Source: a virus
UHGV virus genome: UHGV-1428848
Direction: 5' to 3' (one strand)
DNA: 64,000 nt
Within the stretch, counting starts at the first letter, position 1; every line of letters starts with the position of its first letter. The notes beneath the pieces were generated by a model. It searched no databases. It saw only the letters and a program-made list of their open reading frames with translations, and was not told where the DNA came from. Made by a program: the position numbers and the translations under genes. Below, piece after piece: positions 19,263-28,030 of this stretch.

Positions 19263-19882
19263 TCAACTACCTCAATATCATAAACTTTAAATGTTCCAAA
19301 TGAATCGTGTAATTTTTCTTTTGAAATAGAAGTTATTTTATACTTTCCAATTGGAATCATCCATTCTTGTTCATGCACAATCATCATTAAGTTATCAGTT
19401 CTTTCTGAATCTAACCCATCAGTATCTTCATACGTGTACTTAAACTCAGTATTAGGAGAAGAAAGTATAATATCGCTGATATGGTCAGAATAATTAAAAG
19501 CTTTATCAGTTTTTAAACGAAGTATTGTTTCAGTGAAATATTCAGCATAAGAAAAAGAACATGCTGTATGCAAACTAGTAGTAAATGAATCTACCCTGTT
19601 CGTTGAAAACACTTCTCCAACCTGTAAATCTTTAATAAGTTCTTTTGTCGATTTTGATATACCACGATATAATTGATAAGGCGATTTAGTTAAATGCTTT
19701 TTAATGATTTTATTCAACTGTCTGTGAAGAGCTTCATTCTTTTTGGCTTCCATACATTGCCAAAGAACAGACTGCTCAAAGTCAGTAAATTTTTCACAGA
19801 CTTTTTTATACATATCATATTGAAAATCAACGCTTTCAGCTTTTATAGATAACTGTTCAACATCTGCAGGATTAATAATCAT
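19259..19882 (-). CDS. modB: ModB, mono-ADP-ribosyltransferase
   Basis: 207 aa as in T4 ModB; ATGA-coupled to modA; shares YRG.S.STKEL / EQEWMIP-type motifs with modA. Confidence 0.6.
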   Translation of the reverse strand: MIINPADVEQLSIKAESVDFQYDMYKKVCEKFTDFEQSVLWQCMEAKKNEALHRQLNKIIKKHLTKSPYQLYRGISKSTKELIKDLQVGEVFSTNRVDSFTTSLHTACSFSYAEYFTETILRLKTDKAFNYSDHISDIILSSPNTEFKYTYEDTDGLDSERTDNLMMIVHEQEWMIPIGKYKITSISKEKLHDSFGTFKVYDIEVVE

Positions 19883-19904
19883 GATAGCCTCCGTATACTT
19901 CAGA

Positions 19905-19938
19905 AGCTATCATATCATCGTTAGAAAGGAAAGTAAAC
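19905..19938 (-). promoter_or_regulatory. T4-type early promoter
   Basis: Minus strand GTTTAC - 17 - GATATGATA. Confidence 0.45.
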
Positions 19939-19949
19939 AACTTTTTGAA

Positions 19950-20132
19950 TTATTTTGCCCAGGGAGCCCAAGGCGGAGGGTCAAGATGGTATGAAGCTAG
20001 TTCTTCTAGAAGAGCATCTGGGGCTTCAATTCCATAATTCTGTAATACTATACGGTATTCTTTCTTATAATCACTAGAATCATTCTGGATATTCGTAGAA
20101 TGATTATCTTCTAACATCTCAAATAAATCCAT
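19950..20132 (-). CDS. hypothetical protein (60 aa)
   Basis: ORF track. Confidence 0.4.
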   Translation of the reverse strand: MDLFEMLEDNHSTNIQNDSSDYKKEYRIVLQNYGIEAPDALLEELASYHLDPPPWAPWAK

Positions 20133-20140
20133 ACTAATTC

Positions 20141-20611
20141 CTAGCGATAAAAACCAAATTGACGATTAGCTTCAATAATCTTTCTTTCTTCTTCGGACAT
20201 TCTCCAGCGTAGTCCAACATCAAAATGAGCCCAGACCATCTTAACAAATGCATTTATATCTTTAATATCTTCAATAATGAATGTTTTACTTTTAGAAGGT
20301 TGACTCGCTAATTTAACTTTATCGTCTTCAAACATGTCAAAAAGACCATATTCATGAGCTCTTTTATAGCCTTTAATAGTTAAAGCTTCGGAAGAAGAAA
20401 ACGGCGAATCAGTATTCTGCAAAATATCTTCAGTATGCTTTATAATTAGAATAACATTTTCTGGATATTTTCTTTCTTTTATATCTTTAATTAAAAAATC
20501 CGGATTTTCTGCTAAAGGAATAATTAACGAGCATTTTTTATCAAGTGTATTTACTGATTTACCTTCTTTAGACATAAATTCTATTGAATATAATTTTGCT
20601 ACTTCAATCAT
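20141..20611 (-). CDS. hypothetical protein (156 aa)
   Basis: ORF track. Confidence 0.5.
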   Translation of the reverse strand: MIEVAKLYSIEFMSKEGKSVNTLDKKCSLIIPLAENPDFLIKDIKERKYPENVILIIKHTEDILQNTDSPFSSSEALTIKGYKRAHEYGLFDMFEDDKVKLASQPSKSKTFIIEDIKDINAFVKMVWAHFDVGLRWRMSEEERKIIEANRQFGFYR

Positions 20612-20768
20612 GTGATTTCCTTTTGCCTACTAATGGACCGTCAGGAATTTTGTTTTCCTGAATGTATTTCTCATTTTCTTCCATCATTTTACTACCGATT
20701 TTAAGAAGCAAATCCATTGCTTCATTTGCTTTAGCCTTTGCCTCTTCTAACGTCATATCTTTGGTCAT
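20607..20768 (-). CDS. hypothetical protein (53 aa)
   Basis: Hand-translated [54 protein letters not shown]; ATGA overlaps on both sides. Confidence 0.35.
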
Positions 20769-20968
20769 GATTTATCACCATAGATGTCTCTCATCAATTT
20801 AAGCGCTGAGCGTTCTAATTTCTTTTCTTTCTCAGCACTAATCATTGATTTCATCCATTCTTCTGACTCGTTCTGCATTTCTTTATTTGCTTGTTCAACC
20901 CAACCATCATCAATATACATTGAGTTTGGTCTATTGAACCATTCAAGCATTTTCTTCAGAACTTTCAT
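20765..20968 (-). CDS. hypothetical protein (67 aa)
   Basis: ORF track. Confidence 0.45.
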   Translation of the reverse strand: MKVLKKMLEWFNRPNSMYIDDGWVEQANKEMQNESEEWMKSMISAEKEKKLERSALKLMRDIYGDKS

Positions 20969-21440
20969 TTGTTTTACCTAAAACGATAGTATGGACACCG
21001 TCAAATTCATGAATTTTTAGCAAATTTGGATTTAAATTATTCCATAAAGAGGTAATAAAATATGATAGCGCACTTTCGTCCGTAATTATAAATTTATTTC
21101 CTTTATCTATTTTCCAATCATATATTGAATCGTATGAATAGAAGGATAACGGTTTATTATTATAGTATGCTTCAGCAACATCAATATAGTTAGATTTAGT
21201 AAATGCTTGAATTGCCATAAATGGAGAATTTTGTACAGTTTCAATAATTCCGATCTTTTTAAGTTTTATTTCAACATCTTCTGGAACTGGCATTGAAATA
21301 AAATCTTCTACTAGATACATGTCATTGTCATATCTTTTATCAATCATTACTGCTACTGTAATTGGAACATCCTTGACAAACGCCATACTAATACTATTGA
21401 TAGACATTTCAAACAAAATCGCTTCCATAATTTTCCTCAA
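20943..21440 (-). CDS. hypothetical protein (165 aa; 161 aa from second Met)
   Basis: ORF track; falls in the mrh/modA.x region of T4. Confidence 0.45.
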   Translation of the reverse strand: MRKIMEAILFEMSINSISMAFVKDVPITVAVMIDKRYDNDMYLVEDFISMPVPEDVEIKLKKIGIIETVQNSPFMAIQAFTKSNYIDVAEAYYNNKPLSFYSYDSIYDWKIDKGNKFIITDESALSYFITSLWNNLNPNLLKIHEFDGVHTIVLGKTNESSEENA

Positions 21441-21778
21441 TCACAAGATGTAGATGAACAACTAGAATCACAAGAACTTCCACATGAATCGCCCGTCCAT
21501 ACATGAACAGGAACATTAGTATCATATGAATCAGAACTAGACTGTGTATTCTGTGCATTAGATGATGTAGTAGGTACTGACCAGCGCCAAGGATTTTTAT
21601 AATATTCTTGGGCTTCTTCATAAGTCATAGTAACTGCTTCTACTGTTCCATCTCCCATATAAACATACTCAACTACAGTTAAAGGAAGATAGTCATTTGA
21701 AATAGGAACTACACCTTCCCCCGGAGTTGTAGAGAAAAAATCTGTAAAGAAATTTTTAAACCAATTAAAGATAAACAT
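21437..21778 (-). CDS. hypothetical protein (113 aa) with Cys/Ser-rich C-terminal tail
   Basis: C-terminus [18 protein letters not shown]. Confidence 0.45.
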   Translation of the reverse strand: MFIFNWFKNFFTDFFSTTPGEGVVPISNDYLPLTVVEYVYMGDGTVEAVTMTYEEAQEYYKNPWRWSVPTTSSNAQNTQSSSDSYDTNVPVHVWTGDSCGSSCDSSCSSTSCD

Positions 21779-21984
21779 TACAAAAAGCCTCTTTTGAATT
21801 CGACTTGCTTCTCACCATAATCATACCTAATCTCTGCATTAAATTCAACAGAACCATCTGCGTACATCATAAATGAATGCACAACAACTTCTGTAGACCA
21901 TGGCTGTAGTTCATATTTCTTCATTACATGTCGTGAAATGATAATATCTAAATCTTCATTTGGTTTAATCCAACGATTTAACAT
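21778..21984 (-). CDS. hypothetical protein (68 aa)
   Basis: ORF track. Confidence 0.45.
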   Translation of the reverse strand: MLNRWIKPNEDLDIIISRHVMKKYELQPWSTEVVVHSFMMYADGSVEFNAEIRYDYGEKQVEFKRGFL

Positions 21985-22010
21985 AGTGCTCTCCTCTATA
22001 AGATAATTCT

Positions 22011-22040
22011 ATTATACCATACTCATTTTGATATGTAAAC
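22011..22040 (-). promoter_or_regulatory. T4-type early promoter
   Basis: Minus strand GTTTACATATCAAAATGAGTATGGTATAAT. Confidence 0.5.
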
Positions 22041-22081
22041 CGGTAAAATGAAAAAAGGAACCCCGAAGGATTCCTTAAATT

Positions 22082-22339
22082 TTAACCACCAATACCTGGA
22101 GTTGGCGTAACAGTCCAAAGACCTTCATTAGCAGTGATCCATTCAGTACGCTGATTTTCTTCATATACTGTAGAATATGCTGCTTTTTCAGAAGGGAATG
22201 TCTGATAATGAGCACCAGAAATTTTGTGAACATCAGAATAAAGAGGGAAAGCTACAGAAATTTCTTTACCCTGAATTGTACCACCATCAACTGCTTGGTC
22301 AAATGTTTTGATATTAACATAACCGCGAGTACTAGCCAT
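22082..22339 (-). CDS. soc: Soc, small outer capsid protein
   Basis: 85 aa; MASTRGYVNIKTF... and EISVAFPLYSDVHKISGAHYQTFPSEKAAYSTVYEENQRTEW match recalled T4 Soc. Confidence 0.8.
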   Translation of the reverse strand: MASTRGYVNIKTFDQAVDGGTIQGKEISVAFPLYSDVHKISGAHYQTFPSEKAAYSTVYEENQRTEWITANEGLWTVTPTPGIGG

Positions 22340-22355
22340 GTAATTCTCCTTTTAT

Positions 22356-22565
22356 TTAAATTACATGATTATTTATAATAAATTCTCGCGGAACGTTAAA
22401 ATATCCGATTTTAGTTAATATAACAACATCACCGTTAATAATTACCGGAGAATAATCTTCTGGAGCATTAAACTTCCAATGGGCTCTAATATTATATCCA
22501 TCAGAACCAAATGCTCGACTAGCCGGTCTCCCGGCTTTTTGCCATGCATAAAAATCAAATTTCAT
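22356..22565 (-). CDS. hypothetical protein (69 aa)
   Basis: ORF track. Confidence 0.45.
   Translation of the reverse strand: MKFDFYAWQKAGRPASRAFGSDGYNIRAHWKFNAPEDYSPVIINGDVVILTKIGYFNVPREFIINNHVI
22372..22379 (-). promoter_or_regulatory. T4 late promoter (TATAAATA) upstream of soc
   Basis: Minus-strand TATAAATA ~35 nt upstream of soc ATG; soc is a late gene. Confidence 0.5.
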
Positions 22566-22762
22566 TTTGAATGCTCTATAATTAATTTTAAGGCTTCTTC
22601 GCTGACAAAAATTTCGTCAGGACCTTCTTCTATAACCCAATCAACCATACGAAGTTGATTAGTTAAGAGCTCACATACGAGCTCCTTGTTATAATCTTTA
22701 AATAGCTGGTCAATACGTTTCTTATGGGCTTTCTTAAGCTGACGCTTATTTAAACGAGCCAT
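22562..22762 (-). CDS. hypothetical protein (66 aa)
   Basis: ORF track; ATGA coupling. Confidence 0.45.
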   Translation of the reverse strand: MARLNKRQLKKAHKKRIDQLFKDYNKELVCELLTNQLRMVDWVIEEGPDEIFVSEEALKLIIEHSK

Positions 22763-23280
22763 TAATAACCTCGGTCTTGACGAGCGAAGTTTTCAGCATT
22801 TTTCAGGTAATAAAGTTTAAAGATTTCTTCAGCTGACATTCCAAGAGCAATAAATTTATTCATGAAAAAGTGAAATTGGTCAATCAGTTCAAATTTAATT
22901 TCAAGCTGATCTTCAGGAGATAAATCTTGAATTTTCTTGGATTGCATTTCAGAATAACGTTTCTTCCAAGGTTTCCATACAGCAGAAGCTTCTTTTTCAC
23001 CATTACTCATACCACCAAGAGAAGTATATAGTTCGCGAGTTTCATCTGCGATATAATCGTCTTGGTTTCGCAACCAAGCAAGAACTTCTCCTGCGGTTTC
23101 AAGTGAATCAGGATGACGATTTGTTTCTGGTTTATCATTAGCCAAACGAATCTGTAAATGCCGCTGCATATCAAGCATAACCTGCAGTGGGTCAATATTG
23201 TGCATAATATTCTCAGCATATGCACGATTTGCTTTATCAACACCTTCGATCAAATGAGCACATTCATTAAAGTAAGCCAT
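22762..23280 (-). CDS. 56: dCTP pyrophosphatase (MazG-like dCTPase)
   Basis: 172 aa from ATG at 23280 (MAYFNE...), matching T4 gp56 length; the longer track ORF uses a non-ATG start. Confidence 0.8.
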   Translation of the reverse strand: MAYFNECAHLIEGVDKANRAYAENIMHNIDPLQVMLDMQRHLQIRLANDKPETNRHPDSLETAGEVLAWLRNQDDYIADETRELYTSLGGMSNGEKEASAVWKPWKKRYSEMQSKKIQDLSPEDQLEIKFELIDQFHFFMNKFIALGMSAEEIFKLYYLKNAENFARQDRGY

Positions 23281-23351
23281 TATTTTTCCTTTCAATTCAT
23301 GGGTTAGTAGATTAATTATACAATAAATATATAAAGCAATAAGGAGGACAT

Positions 23352-23406
23352 ATGGTACAAAAATTAATGGCACTTGTTAATGCCATAAAAGGTAATAAAA
23401 ACGTAT
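23352..23406 (+). CDS. micro-ORF (18 aa) with perfect SD, plus strand
   Basis: AAGGAGGA - 6 nt - ATG; MVQKLMALVNAIKGNKNV; only SD-led plus-strand ORF in an otherwise gene-free gap. Confidence 0.25.
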
Positions 23407-23425
23407 AGCTTTTACTATTTCTGCT

Positions 23426-23550
23426 ATGGTAGGAATTTTACTCTGGAACTTTATTTTATCACCAATTGCAATTGCGCATGGTGTTAATATTCCAGTAGTT
23501 ACTCTTGATACATTCGTAGATCTAGCATTTGCTTTAGTTGGGTTAATTTA
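23426..23550 (+). CDS. hydrophobic peptide ORF (41 aa), plus strand
   Basis: MVGILLWNFILSPIAIAHGVNIPVVTLDTFVDLAFALVGLI; no clear SD; frame overlaps the upstream micro-ORF. Confidence 0.2.
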
Positions 23551-24582
23551 AATCTTAGCATATTTAGATAGCCGCATTTTAGCCATCAACCCCTGGGCAA
23601 TATTATTTTTCATATATTCCATAATTTGTTCAGGGGTTGCACCTTCCTTTCTAATCATATCATTGACATCTTTTGATTTCCAGGGAGATTTATCCCAAAA
23701 CATAACCCTTTCTCCTGCATCAACTAATTTAGTCATTCGCTTAATAGTGTCAGGATGACGAGGTTCATTATCTAAAACCCACACACGTCTATCTTTAAAT
23801 GGAACAACTTCTAGGTCTAATTGACCACCTGTAATAGCTATACCATTTTCAATAAAAAGTGAATCTATAGGTCCTTCTAGAACATATACATCACCATCTT
23901 TAACTCGTTCAACACCGTAAATTTTTGTTGCCTCAGGATAAGCTTTAATGGTGATATATTTTTGAGGAGCATCTTTCTTTAATGCACGTCCTTGAAAAGA
24001 CTCAGCTTTTCCATTAGCATTATAAATTGGAATAACAAGACGAGGCTCAGAAATTTCCTTTTTGTATGTTCCCGGTGCTATGCTATTAACTAATTTAGGC
24101 CATTCAGTTGTAAACCAAAGATATTTCCATTTATCCTTTGGAATACAACGAGCTTTTACATATTTTATAATTGGATGGTCTTCCGCCAGTTTATCTAATC
24201 TAACACATGACGGAAGAGATTTAATTATTTTCTTCTCAGGTTGTTTAGGAAGTTCTTTAGGTTTTTCTACTGGACGACTTTTACCTTTTTCTTTTTCTTT
24301 TCTTATTTCAAAGATATACTCACGATATAAATCAGGTTCAAACTCCTTTAAATATATTCCGATTGGTGCATGATAGTTACAGTTATAACAATGAATATTT
24401 CCTTCATTATTATCGCCATAATACCATCCACGGGCTTTATTTTGATCGGTTTTTGAATCTCCACAAACGGGACATCTAAACCGTAATTTAAAAGTTGAAC
24501 TATTATTTACTTGTGCGAATTTAGGTAAATGAGCCAATGCACGGTATGCAAACTCATTATCAATCCAAGGTATTGATGACAT
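23548..24582 (-). CDS. 61: DNA primase
   Basis: 344 aa (T4 gp61 342); zinc-ribbon CPVCGDS...CYNC plus Toprim region. Confidence 0.9.
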   Translation of the reverse strand: MSSIPWIDNEFAYRALAHLPKFAQVNNSSTFKLRFRCPVCGDSKTDQNKARGWYYGDNNEGNIHCYNCNYHAPIGIYLKEFEPDLYREYIFEIRKEKEKGKSRPVEKPKELPKQPEKKIIKSLPSCVRLDKLAEDHPIIKYVKARCIPKDKWKYLWFTTEWPKLVNSIAPGTYKKEISEPRLVIPIYNANGKAESFQGRALKKDAPQKYITIKAYPEATKIYGVERVKDGDVYVLEGPIDSLFIENGIAITGGQLDLEVVPFKDRRVWVLDNEPRHPDTIKRMTKLVDAGERVMFWDKSPWKSKDVNDMIRKEGATPEQIMEYMKNNIAQGLMAKMRLSKYAKI

Positions 24583-24584
24583 TT

Positions 24585-24749
24585 TTACTCTTCTTTTTCT
24601 TTAGATTCCTCTTTTTTCTTTTTAGGAATCTGTTCAGGACCTTTATTTACTACAGCACCTGACGTTGTTCCAGTGGAGATATTTTCAGGATTACCACCTG
24701 AATCTCCAGCTACCATATCTTCTTTAATAAATTCTTTATATGTTTTCAT
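24585..24749 (-). CDS. hypothetical protein (54 aa)
   Basis: Hand-translated MKTYKEFIKEDMVAGDSGGNPENISTGTTSGAVVNKGPEQIPKKKKEESKEKEE. Confidence 0.4.
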   Translation of the reverse strand: MKTYKEFIKEDMVAGDSGGNPENISTGTTSGAVVNKGPEQIPKKKKEESKEKEE

Positions 24750-24750
24750 A

Positions 24751-25377
24751 TTAACCTCTATTCATAAAAGCATTAAAAATTTGGTCATCAATAGAAACAT
24801 CTACTTTAGACTGTTTTTCTGATGGTAATTCATATCCACATATTACAATTTTGTGATCAATATCAAAATACACAGAAGCAATATGATTAATGATGTTTTC
24901 AGTAAAGTCTAAATCAACATCAATATCTTTTTGACCACAGCCCAAAGGATAAATAATGCGAGTAATTCGATTATCTTTAACAAAGATTCCACCGACATAC
25001 TCTGTGCTGCGTTTAAAGTCTACACGCCAACGAAATGAAAAATATTCAGGCTCTTTATGAGCTCTGCTCATAGGACACAACGAGTAACTAGAATAAGAGA
25101 TGTCAAATCCTACGCCTTCAATATGAGCCAAAGTATCATGATTAAACCAATTATAATCGTACGCCAAATCCATTAGATTATAATATGTAAAAGGCACCGG
25201 ATTAACGTCATTAATCACAAGCATGTAATTAGCAACTGCTATAATTTCATTGTTTTTAACGAATACAAACCGTGATTGATGCGAATGACCTGGACCCGCG
25301 TTTTCACGATTAATGATATAACACTGGGCACCTTTATATTTGTATGTATCTTTGCACTTGTGCATTTGATAGAGCAT
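24751..25377 (-). CDS. hypothetical protein (208 aa), gene 61.2 position (candidate AdfA-like anti-DarT factor)
   Basis: Size and position between primase and spackle; functional label is by recalled synteny only. Confidence 0.4.
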   Translation of the reverse strand: MLYQMHKCKDTYKYKGAQCYIINRENAGPGHSHQSRFVFVKNNEIIAVANYMLVINDVNPVPFTYYNLMDLAYDYNWFNHDTLAHIEGVGFDISYSSYSLCPMSRAHKEPEYFSFRWRVDFKRSTEYVGGIFVKDNRITRIIYPLGCGQKDIDVDLDFTENIINHIASVYFDIDHKIVICGYELPSEKQSKVDVSIDDQIFNAFMNRG

Positions 25378-25670
25378 TATTCACCTACCACTTCAGCGAT
25401 GATATTTTTATTATTAAAGTTTTTATCGCAATACAGAACATAATTATACTGCATTACACCACCAGACTTAAGTTGTTTTTGCACTTCAGCTTTCATTTCA
25501 GGACGATCACGCTCAACGATATTCATAATATCCGCTTCAATTTGAGTTTCAACTTCAGTCTGATCCGCAGTCATAGACCATTCGCACAAATCTTTATCAT
25601 AACCTGCCATAACAGGCTGAGCAGCGCAAGAAGCTAAAGCAAAAATTGTAGCAAAGATAAATTTTTTCAT
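25377..25670 (-). CDS. sp: Spackle, periplasmic lysozyme inhibitor / superinfection exclusion
   Basis: 97 aa with cleavable signal peptide MKKFIFATIFALASCAAQPVMA; T4 Sp is 97 aa at this position. Confidence 0.65.
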   Translation of the reverse strand: MKKFIFATIFALASCAAQPVMAGYDKDLCEWSMTADQTEVETQIEADIMNIVERDRPEMKAEVQKQLKSGGVMQYNYVLYCDKNFNNKNIIAEVVGE

Positions 25671-25730
25671 GATAATCTCCTCAGTAGTTTATGTTTATAT
25701 AGTATCTCAATTTCCAACAAAAGTAAACAG

Positions 25731-25988
25731 TTATTTTAAAATTTCTGCGTAATCACATGTTACAAACTGTTTCTCTAGCTTGACGATTTTACGAAAGTAT
25801 CTTTTGCATTGGCGAATCTGCCTCTTCGTAGGGCGAACAGCAAACTTAATAAATTCCACTCGACCAAATGGAGGACTTTCTTCTGCTGGAATATCTAACA
25901 CCAATTCCCACGTATCTGCAATAAGTGCTTTGAATTGCGTATTTTTCCTGACGTTATACGGAGTAGGTTTAAATAAAACAATATGCAT
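25731..25988 (-). CDS. hypothetical protein (85 aa), gene 61.4 position (candidate TifA-like)
   Basis: ATG at 25988 with GAGGA SD, directly after dmd stop; basic protein. Confidence 0.4.
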   Translation of the reverse strand: MHIVLFKPTPYNVRKNTQFKALIADTWELVLDIPAEESPPFGRVEFIKFAVRPTKRQIRQCKRYFRKIVKLEKQFVTCDYAEILK

Positions 25989-25989
25989 A

Positions 25990-26172
25990 TTATCCTCGGC
26001 AATCCACTTCACATACTTTCTTGTCATCAATGAAAGCTTTAACTAATGCTTTATTAACTTCAGCATATTGAGTAGTAGCCCATTGAACGTCATCTTTCAT
26101 CATTGTGATTTCTTTAGTAAACATACTTTCGTTCTTAAACCACCCCATAAAAACTACTTTTACCAATTCCAT
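25990..26172 (-). CDS. dmd: Dmd, inhibitor of host RnlA/LsoA toxins
   Basis: 60 aa as in T4 Dmd; first gene after gene 41. Confidence 0.7.
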   Translation of the reverse strand: MELVKVVFMGWFKNESMFTKEITMMKDDVQWATTQYAEVNKALVKAFIDDKKVCEVDCRG

Positions 26173-26197
26173 AACAATCTCCTCATTTAACCAACAA

Positions 26198-26223
26198 GAC
26201 TACTATACCATAGTCTTGTCAGC
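26198..26223 (-). promoter_or_regulatory. T4-type early promoter
   Basis: Minus strand GTTTACAAGCTGACAAGACTATGGTATAGTAG. Confidence 0.5.
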
Positions 26224-26230
26224 TTGTAAA

Positions 26231-27658
26231 CTAAAATTTTAATTCATTTGCCAAAGCATCTAACTGAGCTCGAGTGGATTCATTTCTTTGATAGCGATTC
26301 TGCTCAGCTTGTATCTGTTGTGAACCTGCTACCTCACTCACTTCAGTTGGAGTAGAATCTTGTTCAATTTCTACCCATTTCTGATTTCCTTTTTGAACAC
26401 CCATCAAAAACTTATTCCATTTGTTCTTATCGCCATATCGTGATTTGATTTGCTTAATGAGTTGTTGTTCAGCAGCTGCTAGCTCCTCGGTTTCAATGAC
26501 CGCAAGCATAAAATCGGCTGTTGCTGGAAGACCGGCAGATTCTGCAATATCGCTCATGTTAACATCAGAAGAATCCCAAGCTTGTTTACCAACCTGTGCT
26601 GCAGTCCAAAGAACAGTTTCGGTTTCAACAGCAAGAGCACGCAATTCCTCTGCAATAGCTTTAACAGTTGTGTAACTATTTTCTGAATAAACTCTAATGC
26701 GGCAAGATTTACAAATACCTAGATAGTCGACAATAATGATTGTTGGAACAAAATTCTTCTTGAGCTTTAATTCATTTAAAAGTGATCGAAATGTATTAGC
26801 GTCTGCTCCACCAGTAGGATATTGCTTAACGATTAAACGACCGAGAGTAGATTTCTCACGCCATTTTTCCATTTTTCCTTTATACTCGGCGTAAGAAATA
26901 TGTCCATCATCAATATCGTCAAGAGAAACATCGAGCATATTAGCATCAATACGTTTAGCGCAGACTTCTTCTGCCATTTCCATGGAGATATAAAGAACGT
27001 TATGACCAAGCTGCAAATAATCTGCTGCTAATGAACAAAGTCCTAATGATTTACCAACGTTAACGCCAGCCATTAAAACGTTCAGTGTTCCAGTCTCAGC
27101 TCCGCCTTTAGTAATTTTGTTCAGAATTCTGAGTTTAAATGGAACCTTACGAGCTTTATTCATATAAGATAGCCAACGTGCTTCGTAGTCATCCATCCAA
27201 TCATGACCAACGTAACTATCAAATGAAATTGATAATGCTTGACGCATGATGTCAGGAATAGCACCAACATCCGGCATTTTCTTATTTCGTTTTTCCGGAG
27301 GAAGCTCAGCATTAGTTTGAATTTCGATTATTTTAGACGTAGCATTAAACATCGCCCTTTGCTGAACATATTTTTCTGTTTCTTTTACTAACCAGCTGTG
27401 GTCTTCCGGAGAATCAGCTAGTTTTGAAATAAGTGTTTTTACACCAGAATATTCCGTTTCAGTAAATGAACTATTTTCTAATGCAACATTTAACGCATTA
27501 ATAGATGGAACGCTATGATACTCATTAACATGAGATTTAATTAATTTGAACGTATTTTTAGCTGGACCACTTTCAAAATATTCTGAATCCATATATGGCC
27601 AAACTTTTGAAAAATAAGCTTGATCAAATATAAGATGAGAAAGAATAATTTCTACCAC
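26231..27658 (-). CDS. 41: replicative DNA helicase (DnaB-like)
   Basis: 475 aa as in T4 gp41; Walker A GVNVGKS and RecA-fold motifs. Confidence 0.9.
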   Translation of the reverse strand: MVEIILSHLIFDQAYFSKVWPYMDSEYFESGPAKNTFKLIKSHVNEYHSVPSINALNVALENSSFTETEYSGVKTLISKLADSPEDHSWLVKETEKYVQQRAMFNATSKIIEIQTNAELPPEKRNKKMPDVGAIPDIMRQALSISFDSYVGHDWMDDYEARWLSYMNKARKVPFKLRILNKITKGGAETGTLNVLMAGVNVGKSLGLCSLAADYLQLGHNVLYISMEMAEEVCAKRIDANMLDVSLDDIDDGHISYAEYKGKMEKWREKSTLGRLIVKQYPTGGADANTFRSLLNELKLKKNFVPTIIIVDYLGICKSCRIRVYSENSYTTVKAIAEELRALAVETETVLWTAAQVGKQAWDSSDVNMSDIAESAGLPATADFMLAVIETEELAAAEQQLIKQIKSRYGDKNKWNKFLMGVQKGNQKWVEIEQDSTPTEVSEVAGSQQIQAEQNRYQRNESTRAQLDALANELKF

Positions 27659-27667
27659 ACTTACTCC

Positions 27668-28030
27668 TTAAAAGAATTTAAACTTTTTCTTTGACCTTTT
27701 ATTAAATGCATCTTGTAGTTGCATTGTAATACATTTTTCTACATGAGGAGCTAACTCAGCTTTTCTTTCTTGGTCAAGAACAGCAAAGTCCATTACAACC
27801 TTTCCATCAACCCAATTTAATTTTGTCACATACACAATGTGTGTAGAACCATCTTCTAGTTTAATGACAATCTCCTGGATAACATTTTCCATGGCAGATT
27901 TAATTATCTTAAGAGATTCATTAAAAAGACGTTCTTTTCTTTCTTCTTCCCCCTCCGAAGAGGGGGATTCATCGATAATTTCTAGATCTAAATCTAAATC
28001 ATCTTTATTCATTAAATTCTTCCATATCAC
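27668..28030 (-). CDS. acidic protein (120 aa), gene 40 position
   Basis: Between uvsX and 41; assignment by synteny only. Confidence 0.4.
   Translation of the reverse strand: MIWKNLMNKDDLDLDLEIIDESPSSEGEEERKERLFNESLKIIKSAMENVIQEIVIKLEDGSTHIVYVTKLNWVDGKVVMDFAVLDQERKAELAPHVEKCITMQLQDAFNKRSKKKFKFF

Noticed and set aside
22762-23373. 203-aa extended form of the gene 56 ORF
   Set aside because: The extension starts at a non-ATG codon and encodes a hydrophobic leader; ATG at 23280 gives 172 aa, matching the expected dCTPase length
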